DNA of 38,322 nucleotides from Tubiluchus corallicola (lineage: Eukaryota > Animalia > Priapulida). Where the stretch lies: assembly GCA_030141605.1 (NCBI GenBank), contig JAQGDQ010002435.1, forward strand, positions 1 to 38,322. Direction: 5' to 3'. This document shows, piece after piece, positions 12,952 through 23,285 of this stretch. The number at the start of each line of letters is the position of its first letter. Position 1 is the first letter of the stretch. Below the pieces are notes generated by a model. It searched no databases. It was not told the origin of the DNA and saw only the letters and a list, made by a program, of their open reading frames with translations. A program made the translations under genes and the position numbers.

Positions 12952-13320
12952 ATGATACAGGCGGAAACGAGATTAGATGTTGCGGATAACTCTGGAGCGC
13001 GTACTGTTCAGTGCATCAAAGTTTTAGGAGGCTCTAAGCGAAGATGGGCTTCGATTGGCGATGTTATTGTTGTTACGGTGAAGGATGCTATTCCTCGTGG
13101 TCGTGTTAAGAAGGGCGATGTTCTGAAGGCTGTTATTGTTCGGACAGCGAAAGATATTCGTCGCGATGATGGTACGGCGATACGTTTTGACCGGAATGCA
13201 GCTGTTTTGATAAATGCTCAGGGTGAGCCTATAGGGACTCGTATATTCGGGCCTGTTACAAGGGAGCTTCGGGCGCGGAAATATATGAAGATTATTTCAC
13301 TTGCACCGGAGGTATTATAA
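12952..13320 (+). CDS. rplN: 50S ribosomal protein L14
   Basis: [26 protein letters not shown]. Confidence 0.99.
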   Translation: MIQAETRLDVADNSGARTVQCIKVLGGSKRRWASIGDVIVVTVKDAIPRGRVKKGDVLKAVIVRTAKDIRRDDGTAIRFDRNAAVLINAQGEPIGTRIFGPVTRELRARKYMKIISLAPEVL

Positions 13321-13324
13321 GGCG

Positions 13325-13639
13325 ATGAAATCAAAAATAAAAAAGGGCGATCGCGTAATTGTGCTTGCAGGACGCGATAAAGGTAAGACAGGTGAAGTTA
13401 CGGCTGTTTTTCCACGAAAGAGTCTGGCGACTGTCCAAGGGGTGAATATGGTGAAACGCCATCAGCGCCCGACAGCAACGTCAGCAGGTGGCATTGTTGA
13501 GAAAGAAGGGATGATTCATTTGTCGAATTTAAGTCATCTTGATCCGGAAGATGGAAAACCGTGCCGTGTTGGCTATCGTTTTCAGGATAATCGGAAAGTT
13601 CGTTTTTCTCGGCGTTCTAACGAAGTTATAGATTCATAG
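13325..13639 (+). CDS. rplX: 50S ribosomal protein L24
   Basis: [21 protein letters not shown] motif; start moved from 13301 to ATG 13325 after the rplN stop. Confidence 0.97.
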   Translation: MKSKIKKGDRVIVLAGRDKGKTGEVTAVFPRKSLATVQGVNMVKRHQRPTATSAGGIVEKEGMIHLSNLSHLDPEDGKPCRVGYRFQDNRKVRFSRRSNEVIDS

Positions 13640-13651
13640 GGAGCCTTTGTA

Positions 13652-14191
13652 ATGACGCGACTTTTAGAACATTATAATACAGTTGTCAAGCCAGCTTTAA
13701 TTGAAGAATTTGGCTATCAGAATACAATGGCGGTTCCTGGCCTTAAGAAGGTTGTTTTAAACATGGGTGTTGGTGAAGCTTCGCAAGATCGCGGAAAAAT
13801 CGATCGAGCCGTGGAAGAAATGGGACTGATAGCAGGTCAGCGACCTGTTATTACACGGGCTCGTAATTCCATAGCGGGCTTTAAAATACGCGATGGTATG
13901 GTTGTTGGTTGTAAAGTTACACTTCGCCAAAGTCGTATGTACGAGTTTTTAGATCGCTTGATTACAATAGCGTTGCCGCGTGTTCGGGACTTTCATGGCT
14001 TGAATCCACGTAGCTTTGATGGAGCGGGAAATTATTCTTTAGGAATTAAGGAACAAATTATCTTTCCAGAGATTAATTATGATCGTATTGATAAAATACG
14101 TGGCTTGGATGTTTGTATTAGCACGACTGCGCGGACAGATAAGGAAGCGCTAGTATTGTTACGTAATTTCGGTATGCCTTTTAGGAACTGA
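13652..14191 (+). CDS. rplE: 50S ribosomal protein L5
   Basis: [38 protein letters not shown]. Confidence 0.99.
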   Translation: MTRLLEHYNTVVKPALIEEFGYQNTMAVPGLKKVVLNMGVGEASQDRGKIDRAVEEMGLIAGQRPVITRARNSIAGFKIRDGMVVGCKVTLRQSRMYEFLDRLITIALPRVRDFHGLNPRSFDGAGNYSLGIKEQIIFPEINYDRIDKIRGLDVCISTTARTDKEALVLLRNFGMPFRN

Positions 14192-14218
14192 TCGTTATTT
14201 GGAGATAAAGAGAGTATT

Positions 14219-14524
14219 ATGGCGAGAAAAAGTTTAGTAGAACGTAATAAGAAACGCGTTCGTCTTTCGAAGAAGTATGAGGCGCGCCGTCAGGCCTTGC
14301 TTGATGTTGCCCGCGCACGCGATGTTTCTCCGGGAGAGCGTTTTAGAGCGACGTTGAAATTAGCGGAGCTTCCTAGGAATTCTGCTCCATCACGGCAGCG
14401 CTTGCGTTGCCAGTTAACGGGACGTCCACGAGGAAATTATCGCAAGTTTGATTTGTGCCGTATCGCACTTCGAGAGCTTGCTTCAAAAGGCCATATTCCA
14501 GGTATGGTGAAGTCGAGTTGGTAG
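14219..14524 (+). CDS. rpsN: 30S ribosomal protein S14 (long 101-aa type)
   Basis: [19 protein letters not shown]. Confidence 0.98.
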   Translation: MARKSLVERNKKRVRLSKKYEARRQALLDVARARDVSPGERFRATLKLAELPRNSAPSRQRLRCQLTGRPRGNYRKFDLCRIALRELASKGHIPGMVKSSW

Positions 14525-14540
14525 GAAGGGGTATTGAATA

Positions 14541-14939
14541 ATGGCGATGACAGATCCTATTGCTGATATGTTGACTCGTATACGAAATGGTCAGCATGCG
14601 AAAAAAGCAACAATTGTAACGCCGGCCTCTCGGCTGCGGGAGAGCGTACTGAGTGTTTTAAAACGAGAAGGGTATATTCGTGGGTACGAAGCTTATGAAG
14701 AAAGACCCGGTATCAAGGCGATACGTGTTGATTTAAAATATCATAGTGGAGAAGCTGTGATCCGCAAAATCAATCGCGTTTCCAAGCCAGGATGTCGAGT
14801 TTATTCAAGCATACGTGATTTAAAGCCGGTTTTTAATGGCTTAGGAATCGCGATATTATCGACTTCCCGTGGTGTTATATCGGATGCGGAAGCACGTGCG
14901 GCACGTGTTGGTGGCGAAGTTATTTGTGAGGTTTTTTAA
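14541..14939 (+). CDS. rpsH: 30S ribosomal protein S8
   Basis: DPIADMLTRIRN, SKPGCRVY, GGEVICEVF. Confidence 0.99.
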   Translation: MAMTDPIADMLTRIRNGQHAKKATIVTPASRLRESVLSVLKREGYIRGYEAYEERPGIKAIRVDLKYHSGEAVIRKINRVSKPGCRVYSSIRDLKPVFNGLGIAILSTSRGVISDAEARAARVGGEVICEVF

Positions 14940-14959
14940 CCGGAAAGGGTAGCGTTTAA

Positions 14960-15493
14960 ATGTCACGAATTGGTAAGAATCCCATAGATATTCCTACTGG
15001 TGTCACAGTGGATATTAATGGTCAGGAAGTGAAGACTAAGGGTAAAAATGGCGAGCTTGGCATGGTCTTTTCTCAGGATGTCTCTATTGTCCGTGAGGAA
15101 GAGCAGATTGTTGTTTCCCCGCGAAGCAACAGCACACAGTCACGAAAGATGTGGGGAACCGCGCGCGCTGTTATAGCGAATATGGTTACGGGTGTCTCTG
15201 AAGGATTTACACGTGATCTGGAAGTGAATGGCGTTGGATATCGCGCATCAATGCAGGGGAAGACTCTTGTTTTGCAGCTAGGTTACAGCCATGATATTAT
15301 TTTTTCTGTTCCGGACTCTGTTGAGATTACATGCCCGGATCAGACGCACATTAAGGTTTTTGGCGCAGATAAACAGCGGGTTGGTCAAGTCGCGGCTGAG
15401 ATTCGCTCGTTTCGCCCACCAGAGCCTTATAAAGGGAAGGGTATTAAATATTCTGGTGAATATATTCTCCGTAAAGAAGGTAAGAAGAAGTAG
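14960..15493 (+). CDS. rplF: 50S ribosomal protein L6
   Basis: MSRIGKNP, GVGYRA, RPPEPYKGKGIKY. Confidence 0.99.
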   Translation: MSRIGKNPIDIPTGVTVDINGQEVKTKGKNGELGMVFSQDVSIVREEEQIVVSPRSNSTQSRKMWGTARAVIANMVTGVSEGFTRDLEVNGVGYRASMQGKTLVLQLGYSHDIIFSVPDSVEITCPDQTHIKVFGADKQRVGQVAAEIRSFRPPEPYKGKGIKYSGEYILRKEGKKK

Positions 15494-15499
15494 TGAGTT

Positions 15500-15865
15500 A
15501 TGGCACAGAGTAAAAGAGAACTTTTTGAACGTCGTAAGCGCCGTATGCGCGTGCGACTTAGCAAAATATCTGGTGGTAGAAAACGCTTGTCTGTTTTTCG
15601 CTCAAACCAGAATATTTACGCGCAGATTATTGACGACACAAAGGGCGTAACGTTGGCTTCCGCTTCGACATTGGACTCTTCGCTTCGCAAAGAAGTGGAG
15701 AAAATAAAGCCGAAGGAAGCGGCGGCTTATGTAGGAAAATTAGTTGCTGAACGGGCGTCATCCGCAGGAATAACGGAAGTTGTTTTTGATCGGGGTGGCT
15801 ATCGCTATCATGGCCGGGTCAAAGCTCTGGCGGATGCGGCGCGTGAAGCTGGACTTCAGTTTTAG
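15500..15865 (+). CDS. rplR: 50S ribosomal protein L18
   Basis: [33 protein letters not shown]. Confidence 0.99.
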   Translation: MAQSKRELFERRKRRMRVRLSKISGGRKRLSVFRSNQNIYAQIIDDTKGVTLASASTLDSSLRKEVEKIKPKEAAAYVGKLVAERASSAGITEVVFDRGGYRYHGRVKALADAAREAGLQF

Positions 15866-15888
15866 GGTTTAAGTAGGGAGCAGATATA

Positions 15889-16491
15889 ATGGTCAATATG
15901 CCCAGTGACAGTAACCGTTCTTCTCGTGGCCAGCAGAATCGTAAAAATTCTCGCCCTCGTGAGGAGGTTGAGTTTATCGATCGTCTTGTCCACATTAATC
16001 GTGTGGCTAAGGTTGTGAAGGGAGGAAGACGCTTTTCTTTCGCGGCTTTAGTTGTTGTTGGTGATGGTCGTGGCCTTGTCGGTTATGGAACCGGAAAGGC
16101 ACGTGAGGTTCCAGAAGCTGTCCGTAAGGCAACAGAGTCAGCGAAACGATCGATGATTCGCGTTCCTCTGCGAGAGGGAAGAACATTTCATCATGATATA
16201 CAAGGTCGATTTGGCGCCGGAAAAGTCGTTGTTCGTTCAGCGCCTTCAGGTACCGGAATTATTGCGGGCGGTCCTATGCGAGCTGTTTTTGAAACAATGG
16301 GTGTTCAGGATGTGGTAGCCAAATCTATTGGAACATCAAATCCGCATAATATGGTTAAGGCGACTTTTAACGCTTTAGAGCAGTCAATGTCTCCGCGGCT
16401 GATCGCGGCACGCCGTGATAAACGCGTTGGAGAAATTGTCGCGCGTCGCTCATCCTCAACCTCATCGTCATCATCGCCGTCAGTGGCTTAA
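15889..16491 (+). CDS. rpsE: 30S ribosomal protein S5
   Basis: [24 protein letters not shown]; start may be 15889 or 15898. Confidence 0.98.
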   Translation: MVNMPSDSNRSSRGQQNRKNSRPREEVEFIDRLVHINRVAKVVKGGRRFSFAALVVVGDGRGLVGYGTGKAREVPEAVRKATESAKRSMIRVPLREGRTFHHDIQGRFGAGKVVVRSAPSGTGIIAGGPMRAVFETMGVQDVVAKSIGTSNPHNMVKATFNALEQSMSPRLIAARRDKRVGEIVARRSSSTSSSSSPSVA

Positions 16492-16509
16492 TGTGAAGGA
16501 GCTGTATTG

Positions 16510-16701
16510 ATGTCAGGAAAAAAAACAATACGTGTTCAGCAGGTTGCTAGCGCTATTCGTCGCCCTAAGGATCAGGGCGCGACTTTAGTGGGCTTGGGTT
16601 TGGGAAAAATCAACAGGATTCGGGAGCTTGAAGATACACCGTCTGTTCGGGGCATGATTCGGAAAGTTTCGCATTTAGTACGTGTTCTTGATGACAAATA
16701 A
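16510..16701 (+). CDS. rpmD: 50S ribosomal protein L30
   Basis: [23 protein letters not shown]; ATG 16510 after AGGAG. Confidence 0.97.
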   Translation: MSGKKTIRVQQVASAIRRPKDQGATLVGLGLGKINRIRELEDTPSVRGMIRKVSHLVRVLDDK

Positions 16702-16711
16702 GGGGAAAACA

Positions 16712-17167
16712 ATGCGTTTATGTGATATCAGAGATAACAAAGGTGCGCGGCGTTCTCGGCGACGGGTCGGTCGGGGGATGTCCTCTGGCTGGGGAAAAAC
16801 AGCCGGCCATGGTCAAAAAGGACAAAAATCGCGAAGCGGCGTCGCTTTAGCAGGATTTGAAGGAGGACAGACACCTCTTTACAGACGCTTGCCTAAGCGC
16901 GGATTTAATAATTTTACACGGAAAAATTATGCGATTATAAGCCTTCAGCGCCTTCAGGAAGCAGTTGAAAAAGGGACACTTGACAGTTCGCAGCCTATTA
17001 CAGAAGACGTTTTGCGTGAGGCAAGGCTTCTTAAAGGGCGTTGCGATGGCGTAAAACTATTGGGAAATGAAGGCTTGAAGATCCCCTTGACGGTTGAGCT
17101 TTCAGCAGCGTCTAAGGGAGCCTCTGAGCAAGTTGAAAAACTAGGTGGAAAGATTATTTTGAAATAG
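16712..17167 (+). CDS. rplO: 50S ribosomal protein L15
   Basis: RVGRG..SG.GKT, GFEGGQTPLYRRLPKRGF; start corrected to ATG 16712 after AGGGG. Confidence 0.98.
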   Translation: MRLCDIRDNKGARRSRRRVGRGMSSGWGKTAGHGQKGQKSRSGVALAGFEGGQTPLYRRLPKRGFNNFTRKNYAIISLQRLQEAVEKGTLDSSQPITEDVLREARLLKGRCDGVKLLGNEGLKIPLTVELSAASKGASEQVEKLGGKIILK

Positions 17168-17206
17168 TATTTGCGATCGTTATTTGACGATTTTGGAGGA
17201 TAATAG

Positions 17207-18565
17207 ATGGTATCGGCAGCAGAGCAGCTGGCTTCAAATATAAGTATGGAGACTTTGGGAAAGGCGACAGAGCTTAAGAAGCGTATATTCTTTACGTTGG
17301 GAGCTTTGCTTGTTTATCGCTTAGGGAGTCATATCCCTCTTCCGGGGGTAAACGCGGCTGTGTTAGCGGAGATATTTGTTAATAACGCAAGCAATGTGCT
17401 TGGCATGTTTGATATGTTTTCAGGCGGATCCTTAAGTCGTATGAGTATTTTTGCCTTGACGATATTTCCATATATTACAGCATCAATTATCATGACATTG
17501 ATGACGTCGGTTGTCCCGCAGCTAGAGGCTTTAAAAAAGAGTGGCGATGTTGGCCGCCGCCGAATAAATCAATATACGCGTTTACTGACAGTTTTTCTCG
17601 CAGGCATGCAGGCATGGGTGCTCGCGGCAGGCCTTGAGAGTTTAACAGGAACATCAGGCGCGGCAGTTGTCAATCCAGGATTTTTCTTCAGATTTACGGC
17701 AGTTGTGACTCTTGTTGGCGGTACATTGTTTTTAATGTGGCTTGGAGAACAGATTACGGGACGTGGAATTGGAAACGGAATCTCATTGATTATTTATTCC
17801 GGTATTGTTGCGAATTTACCGCTGGCACTGGCGCAAACACTTGAGCTGGGGCGGACTGGTGTATTGTCAGCTTATATTATCATTGCGCTATTATGTATAG
17901 CTGTTGTTGTTATTTGTGTAGTTGTTTTTGTTGAGCGCGCGCAGCGCCGTATAATTGTTCAGTATCCACGCCGCCAGCATGGAAACCGCTCGTTTGCGGG
18001 AGAAAAATCTCATATTCCTTTGAAGATTAATACGGCAGGTGTTATTCCTCCGATTTTCGCCGGCTCTCTTTTGGCGCCTATAGGCATCATGCAGTTTAGT
18101 AGCCAAGGAGGAGAAGGATCAGAGATTGCTCGTACTCTTTTGGCATATTTAGGGCAGGGACAACCTTTATATTTATTTTTATATTTTGTTCTTATCGTCT
18201 TCTTTGCCTTTTTCTATACATCAGTTGTTTTCAACCCGGCAGACACGGCAGAGAATTTAAAACGTAATGGTGGCTTAGTTCTTGGTATTCGTCCCGGTGA
18301 GAATACAGCAAATTATTTTGATTATGTTTTGACGCGTTTGACTTGTGTAGGAGCTTTATATCTTTCAGCGATTTGCTTAATGCCGGAATTTTTAAATTCA
18401 CGCTATAGCATACCGTTTTATTTTGGTGGAACAAGTTTGCTGATTGTTGTTACTGTTACGATCGATACGGTTACGCAGGTTCAGTCCCATCTTTTGGCGC
18501 ACCAGTATGAGAGTCTTTTGAAAAAATCGAATCTCAGAGGCAGCAAAAGAAAGTCGAGAAGGTAG
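17207..18565 (+). CDS. secY: Preprotein translocase subunit SecY
   Basis: PYITASII, WLGEQIT.RGIGNGISL, IPLKINTAGVIPPIFA, GGTSLLIVV; multiple hydrophobic segments. Confidence 0.99.
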   Translation: MVSAAEQLASNISMETLGKATELKKRIFFTLGALLVYRLGSHIPLPGVNAAVLAEIFVNNASNVLGMFDMFSGGSLSRMSIFALTIFPYITASIIMTLMTSVVPQLEALKKSGDVGRRRINQYTRLLTVFLAGMQAWVLAAGLESLTGTSGAAVVNPGFFFRFTAVVTLVGGTLFLMWLGEQITGRGIGNGISLIIYSGIVANLPLALAQTLELGRTGVLSAYIIIALLCIAVVVICVVVFVERAQRRIIVQYPRRQHGNRSFAGEKSHIPLKINTAGVIPPIFAGSLLAPIGIMQFSSQGGEGSEIARTLLAYLGQGQPLYLFLYFVLIVFFAFFYTSVVFNPADTAENLKRNGGLVLGIRPGENTANYFDYVLTRLTCVGALYLSAICLMPEFLNSRYSIPFYFGGTSLLIVVTVTIDTVTQVQSHLLAHQYESLLKKSNLRGSKRKSRR

Positions 18566-18577
18566 GGTGTTGTTGCG

Positions 18578-19234
18578 ATGAATTTAATTTTAATGGGCGC
18601 GCCAGGGGCTGGCAAAGGAACACAGGCAAGCCGTATAGAAGACCGTTTTGGCGCATTACAGCTATCGGCTGGCGATCTTCTTCGAGAGGAAGTCGCGTTG
18701 GCATCGAACTTAGGAAAAGAAGTTCAGAGCTATCTTGATTCTGGGAAGCTTGTTCCTGATAGCTTGATTATTGATTTAATTTCTGCTCGGATTGATCAGG
18801 ATGATTGCAAGCAGAAGGGATTTATTTTAGATGGTTTTCCTCGGACGATTCCTCAGGCGGAAGCTTTAGAGGTTTTACTGGAGGGGAAGGCTCTGCAGCT
18901 TGACTATGTTATTGTGTTGCAAACGGATATTGACGCGATGGTCGATCGGATCGCGAATCGCTATAGTTGCGCTATGTGCGGAGCGGGTTATCATGAATAC
19001 TATCAACAGCCTTCCGAAGATGGTGTTTGTGATCGTTGTGAAAGTAAAGAGTTTGTTCGTCGTAAGGATGATACTGCTGAAGTTATCCAGGATCGTCTGC
19101 AAGTTTTTCATCGTGAAACGGCGCCAATTTTAGATTGGTACCGTAAAAAAGGAATTTTACAGGAAGTGGATGGAATGCAGTCGATAGATGACGTTACGGA
19201 GACGTTATTTAAGATTCTTTCGGATACGGATTGA
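18578..19234 (+). CDS. adk: Adenylate kinase with 4-Cys zinc-binding LID
   Basis: GAPGAGKGTQ P-loop, FILDGFPRT, LID motif CAMC...CDRC. Confidence 0.97.
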   Translation: MNLILMGAPGAGKGTQASRIEDRFGALQLSAGDLLREEVALASNLGKEVQSYLDSGKLVPDSLIIDLISARIDQDDCKQKGFILDGFPRTIPQAEALEVLLEGKALQLDYVIVLQTDIDAMVDRIANRYSCAMCGAGYHEYYQQPSEDGVCDRCESKEFVRRKDDTAEVIQDRLQVFHRETAPILDWYRKKGILQEVDGMQSIDDVTETLFKILSDTD

Positions 19235-19258
19235 CAAGGCTGGTATGATCTTTATAAT
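19231..19258 (+). promoter_or_regulatory. sigma70 promoter of the alpha (rpsM) operon
   Basis: Perfect TTGACA (19231-19236), 16-bp spacer, perfect TATAAT (19253-19258); the -35 contains the adk TGA stop. Confidence 0.8.
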
Positions 19259-19320
19259 CACGAGATGCTTTATATATTGTTTTAGAAAGCATTTTATTTA
19301 GCTGAAAGGGAGTTAGAATT

Positions 19321-19689
19321 TTGGCCAGGATTGCAGGTGTAAATATACCGACATCAAAGCGCGTAGAGATAGCTTTGACGTATATTTACGGAATTGGACA
19401 TACGAAAGCTAGGGAAATTTGTTCAAAAGCAAACATTCCTTCAGAGCGCCGTGTTCATGAACTTACAGATGATGAAACAACAAGTATTCGCGAGGCAATC
19501 GACAAAGATTACATAGTGGAAGGTGATCTTCGTCGGGAAGTTCAGATGAATATTAAGCGCCTTATGGATTTGGGGTGTTATCGAGGTTTACGCCATCGTC
19601 GGGGGCTTCCTGTTCGAGGTCAGCGGACTCATACCAATGCTCGGACACGTAAAGGAAAAGCGCGTCCAATTGCAGGTAAGAAGAAATAG
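19321..19689 (+). CDS. rpsM: 30S ribosomal protein S13 (TTG start)
   Basis: [32 protein letters not shown]; GGGAG SD upstream of TTG. Confidence 0.98.
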   Translation: MARIAGVNIPTSKRVEIALTYIYGIGHTKAREICSKANIPSERRVHELTDDETTSIREAIDKDYIVEGDLRREVQMNIKRLMDLGCYRGLRHRRGLPVRGQRTHTNARTRKGKARPIAGKKK

Positions 19690-19716
19690 ACAGTTACATA
19701 AAAGGTAAGCAGAGAA

Positions 19717-20106
19717 ATGGCAAAAACAACAAAACGGTTGCGCCGTAAAGAGCGAAAGAATATTGTTTCAGGTGTAGCGCACGTAAATGCGACATTTAAC
19801 AATACGATGATCACAATAGCCGATCTTCAGGGCAATACGATTGCGTGGTCTTCAGCAGGCTCGCAAGGATTTAAAGGGTCAAGAAAATCGACACCTTTCG
19901 CGGCGCAGATTGCGGCGGAAGATGCTGGCAAAAAAGCGATGGAACATGGGATGAAGAATCTTGATATTGAAGTTCGTGGCCCAGGATCCGGCCGGGAATC
20001 GTCTCTTCGTGCTTTGCAGGCGGTTGGTTTTACGATTACGTCGGTTCGTGATGTCACGCCGATACCTCATAATGGCTGCCGACCTCGTAAACGTCGTCGT
20101 GTTTAA
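19717..20106 (+). CDS. rpsK: 30S ribosomal protein S11
   Basis: [32 protein letters not shown]. Confidence 0.99.
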   Translation: MAKTTKRLRRKERKNIVSGVAHVNATFNNTMITIADLQGNTIAWSSAGSQGFKGSRKSTPFAAQIAAEDAGKKAMEHGMKNLDIEVRGPGSGRESSLRALQAVGFTITSVRDVTPIPHNGCRPRKRRRV

Positions 20107-20168
20107 GCTATGACAGGTATAGTGTTAGTGGTTGATATAGAAAATATGGTATAGAGGTGGTCAGGGTT

Positions 20169-21194
20169 GTGATTCAAAAAAATTGGCAAGCGTTAATAAA
20201 ACCAAATAAGTTCGACTTGATTCCAGGAAGCGATGCAAAACGCCGTGGACAGATTTTTATTGAGCCTTTGGAGCGTGGATTTGCTTTAACGCTTGGAAAT
20301 GCGTTGCGGCGTGTTTTATTGTCATCGCTCCAGGGCGCTGCGGTATCAGCGATTAAAATTGATGGTGTTTTGCACGAGTTTTCGTCTGTATCGGGGATGC
20401 GTGAAGATGTCACGGAGCTTATTTTAAATTTAAAGACTCTCCCGTTAACAATGCATGTTCAAGGAACAAAACGGATTCATCTGAAGGCGGTAGGACCTTG
20501 TACTGTAACGGCAGGCATGATTGAAACAGGGGGAGATGTCGAGATCGCGAATCCGGATCTTGTGATTTGCCATCTGGAAGAAGGCGGCACGCTGGAAATG
20601 GAATTGTTCGTTACAATGGGAAAAGGATATGTTCCGGCGAGCGCTGCGGAAAAAGCGGATGTGCGCGAGATTGGAGTTATTCCTATCGACGCTGTTTACT
20701 CACCTGTTCGTAAGGTCGCCTATAAGGTTGGGAGCGCACGTGTCGGTCAGGTAACGGATTATGATTCTTTAACATTGGATATTGAGACAGATGGATCTGT
20801 TAAACCGGAAGATACAGTTGGTTTCGCGGCACGGATTCTTCAAGATCAACTTCAAAGCTTTATCCAATTTGAGGAGCCTGAGCAAGCAGAAGAAGTCGAC
20901 GAAATGGACGAGTCAACATTGAAGTTCAACGCGATCTTATTACGGCGCATTGATGAGTTGGAACTTTCTGTTCGTTCGGCGAATTGCCTTAAGAATGACA
21001 ATGTTCTTTATATTGGTGATCTTGTCCAAAAAACAGAGGCAGAGATGCTAAGAACACCGAACTTTGGACGAAAATCATTAAATGAGATTAAAGAGGTTCT
21101 TTCTCATATGGGCCTTGAGTTAGGAATGGATATAACTGATTGGCCTCCTGAGAATATTGAAGAATTGTCAAAAAAACACGAAGATAAGTTTTAG
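20169..21194 (+). CDS. rpoA: RNA polymerase alpha subunit
   Basis: [43 protein letters not shown]; start probably GTG 20169 (MIQKNW, typical alphaproteobacterial N-terminus), alternative 20157. Confidence 0.98.
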   Translation: MIQKNWQALIKPNKFDLIPGSDAKRRGQIFIEPLERGFALTLGNALRRVLLSSLQGAAVSAIKIDGVLHEFSSVSGMREDVTELILNLKTLPLTMHVQGTKRIHLKAVGPCTVTAGMIETGGDVEIANPDLVICHLEEGGTLEMELFVTMGKGYVPASAAEKADVREIGVIPIDAVYSPVRKVAYKVGSARVGQVTDYDSLTLDIETDGSVKPEDTVGFAARILQDQLQSFIQFEEPEQAEEVDEMDESTLKFNAILLRRIDELELSVRSANCLKNDNVLYIGDLVQKTEAEMLRTPNFGRKSLNEIKEVLSHMGLELGMDITDWPPENIEELSKKHEDKF

Positions 21195-21227
21195 ATATAG
21201 TTGAAAGAGTGACGAGGATAGAAAGTT

Positions 21228-21683
21228 ATGCGTCATAGAAAATCGGGCCGGAAGCTCAATAGAACAAGTAGTCATCGTAAAGCGATGTTATCAAATATGA
21301 CCGTGTCTCTTGTAACACACGAGCAGATTACGACAACATTACCCAAGGCGAAAGAGTTGCGCCGAGTTGTAGATAGGATGATAACATTGGGAAAAAGAGG
21401 CACATTACATACTCGCCGCCAGGCTTTGTCCTATTTACAGGATAAAGAGGCGGTTCGGAAGCTGTTTGATTCACTTGCGGATCGCTATAAGGATCGCCCT
21501 GGTGGATATAGCCGCGTTTTAAAGGCGGGATTCCGTTATGGGGACAGCGCACCAATGGCGGTTATCGAGCTGGTTGATCGTGATCCGGACGCCAAAGGCG
21601 CTGAGGATAGAGCGCGCGTTGAGAAAGAACAGGAAGCTCTCGCAGCTTCTGTTGCGGATCATCAGCCCTCTCCAGTTATGTAG
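21228..21683 (+). CDS. rplQ: 50S ribosomal protein L17
   Basis: [38 protein letters not shown]. Confidence 0.99.
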   Translation: MRHRKSGRKLNRTSSHRKAMLSNMTVSLVTHEQITTTLPKAKELRRVVDRMITLGKRGTLHTRRQALSYLQDKEAVRKLFDSLADRYKDRPGGYSRVLKAGFRYGDSAPMAVIELVDRDPDAKGAEDRARVEKEQEALAASVADHQPSPVM

Positions 21684-21805
21684 CTTATCTTACATTTATT
21701 TATTATACTCCTCTTATTGGAGAAGATTTGAGCCTTAAAGTGTATTTTCTTACCTGAGTATAATAAAGATTATATTATGCTTTATTTATTAAAGTATAAA
21801 CTATT

Positions 21806-21846
21806 TGCCACAATTTCACAGTGTGTAGTTGTGGCAGTTTTTGTTT
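21806..21846 (+). terminator. Probable intrinsic terminator of the ribosomal superoperon
   Basis: TGCCACAA (21806-21813) / TTGTGGCA (21829-21836) stem with partial inner pairing, followed by GTTTTTGTTT. Confidence 0.6.
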
Positions 21847-21857
21847 AAATGTATAAT
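21829..21857 (+). promoter_or_regulatory. Possible sigma70 promoter for the ptp-kinase-U32 unit
   Basis: TATAAT at 21852-21857 with weak TTGTGG 17 bp upstream; GGGGAG SD before ATG 21894. Confidence 0.4.
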
Positions 21858-21893
21858 ATACTAAAATAATGGCATTCTAGGGGAGACATTATA

Positions 21894-22382
21894 ATGGCAT
21901 CAGTTTTATTTGTTTGTTTAGGAAATATTTGTCGTTCACCGTTAGCAGAGGGAATCTTCCGACACCTTACTCAGAAGCAAACGTTTGAGAGCCCTGTAAA
22001 GATTGATTCAGCAGGTACAGGCTCGTGGCACATTGGGGAGGCGCCGGATATTCGTGCTCAGGAAACAGCGCGAAAACATGGGGTTGATATTCGTAACCTT
22101 AAAGCACGGCAAGTTGTCGAGAAGGATTTTATGAAATTTGACTATATTTTCGCAATGGATCGAAGCAATATGGAAGCGCTTCATTCTATGTGTCCTCCTG
22201 AATATTATGATCGCTTGTATATGATGATGTCATTTGCGCCTCAGTGGGAAAAGAAAGATGTTCCGGATCCTTATTTTGGAAAAGAAAATGGCTTTGAAAT
22301 CGTTTTTAATATGTTACATGATGCTTCCTCAGGGGTTTTAAAAATGCTTTTAGAGCATCAGGAACAAGAGAATGAAGAGTAA
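21894..22382 (+). CDS. Low-molecular-weight protein tyrosine phosphatase
   Basis: Active-site VCLGNICRSP (CX5R), DSAGT, D.I.AMD, VPDPY general-acid motif. Confidence 0.95.
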   Translation: MASVLFVCLGNICRSPLAEGIFRHLTQKQTFESPVKIDSAGTGSWHIGEAPDIRAQETARKHGVDIRNLKARQVVEKDFMKFDYIFAMDRSNMEALHSMCPPEYYDRLYMMMSFAPQWEKKDVPDPYFGKENGFEIVFNMLHDASSGVLKMLLEHQEQENEE

Positions 22383-23259
22383 GGGATTCAAAGCAAGTTT
22401 GCCTAAGGGCGCCAGAGAGAAAATTTTGGAAATATATGGTGCCTCTGTTGAATCAAGCCATGGTTTGCAAGGAGGCTGTATTGCGGATGTGGTCTGTTTG
22501 TCTCTTTCATCAGGAGAGCGCCTTGTGGTAAAACGACCACAAGGATCGATGGCAGGTGATATTTTATTGGTGGAGGCTCGTATGCTTCGCTATTTAAAAG
22601 AGCATACAATGCTACCTGTGCCGGATGTTATTTATAGCGGGACTGACAGCCTTGTTTTAAGCTGGCTTGATAATGAGGGCGCTTTGACACAGAGCGCGCA
22701 GCGGCATGCGGCGGAGCTTCTGGCGGATTTGCATAGTCAGGTTTGCCCTTATTACGGCTTTTGGGAAGAGACAGTTCTTGGAGCGAAGCAACAGCCGAAT
22801 CCTCAGGAATCTTTATGGATTCCATTTTTTCGTGACCATCGTTTATTGTACATGGCTCACCAGTGTTTAGATCACAAGGCGCTTCCGACCTCAGTCATGA
22901 GGAAAATAGAACGCTTGGCTTTGCGATTGGATGACTATTTGGAGGAGCCGCCTCACCCTTCGCTGATTCATGGGGATATGTGGGGTGGAAATGTTCTTGC
23001 TTCCAAAGGAAGGATTAGTGGTTTTATTGATCCTGCGATTTATTTCGCCCATGCCGAGATAGAGCTTGCGTATAGTACATTATTTGGAACATTTGGCGAT
23101 TCTTTCTTTCGCCGCTATCATGAGATTCGACCCATTTCTCCGGGTTTTTTTGACGTTCGCCGAGATATTTATAATTTATGGCATTTACTCAGCCATGTTT
23201 ATACGTTTGGGGGGAGCTATTTAAGACAGGTTATTTCAATCGTTGATCGGCTTGTGTAG
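22372..23259 (+). CDS. Fructosamine kinase family (ketosamine-3-kinase-like) protein
   Basis: GGCI glycine loop, catalytic LIHGDMWGGN, FIDPAIY, EIELA, FG.F and YNLWHLLSH motifs of the FN3K family; overlaps ptp by 11 nt. Confidence 0.9.
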   Translation: MKSKGFKASLPKGAREKILEIYGASVESSHGLQGGCIADVVCLSLSSGERLVVKRPQGSMAGDILLVEARMLRYLKEHTMLPVPDVIYSGTDSLVLSWLDNEGALTQSAQRHAAELLADLHSQVCPYYGFWEETVLGAKQQPNPQESLWIPFFRDHRLLYMAHQCLDHKALPTSVMRKIERLALRLDDYLEEPPHPSLIHGDMWGGNVLASKGRISGFIDPAIYFAHAEIELAYSTLFGTFGDSFFRRYHEIRPISPGFFDVRRDIYNLWHLLSHVYTFGGSYLRQVISIVDRLV

Positions 23260-23285
23260 AGAGCGGATACTTTTTTCGGAAAGGA

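Noticed and set aside
16447-16491. TCA/TCG-rich quasi-repeat encoding poly-Ser at the end of S5
   Set aside because: Short imperfect low-complexity tail, not a repeat array.
19321-21683. Absence of rpsD and rpmJ from the spc/alpha region
   Set aside because: Normal arrangement in Alphaproteobacteria.
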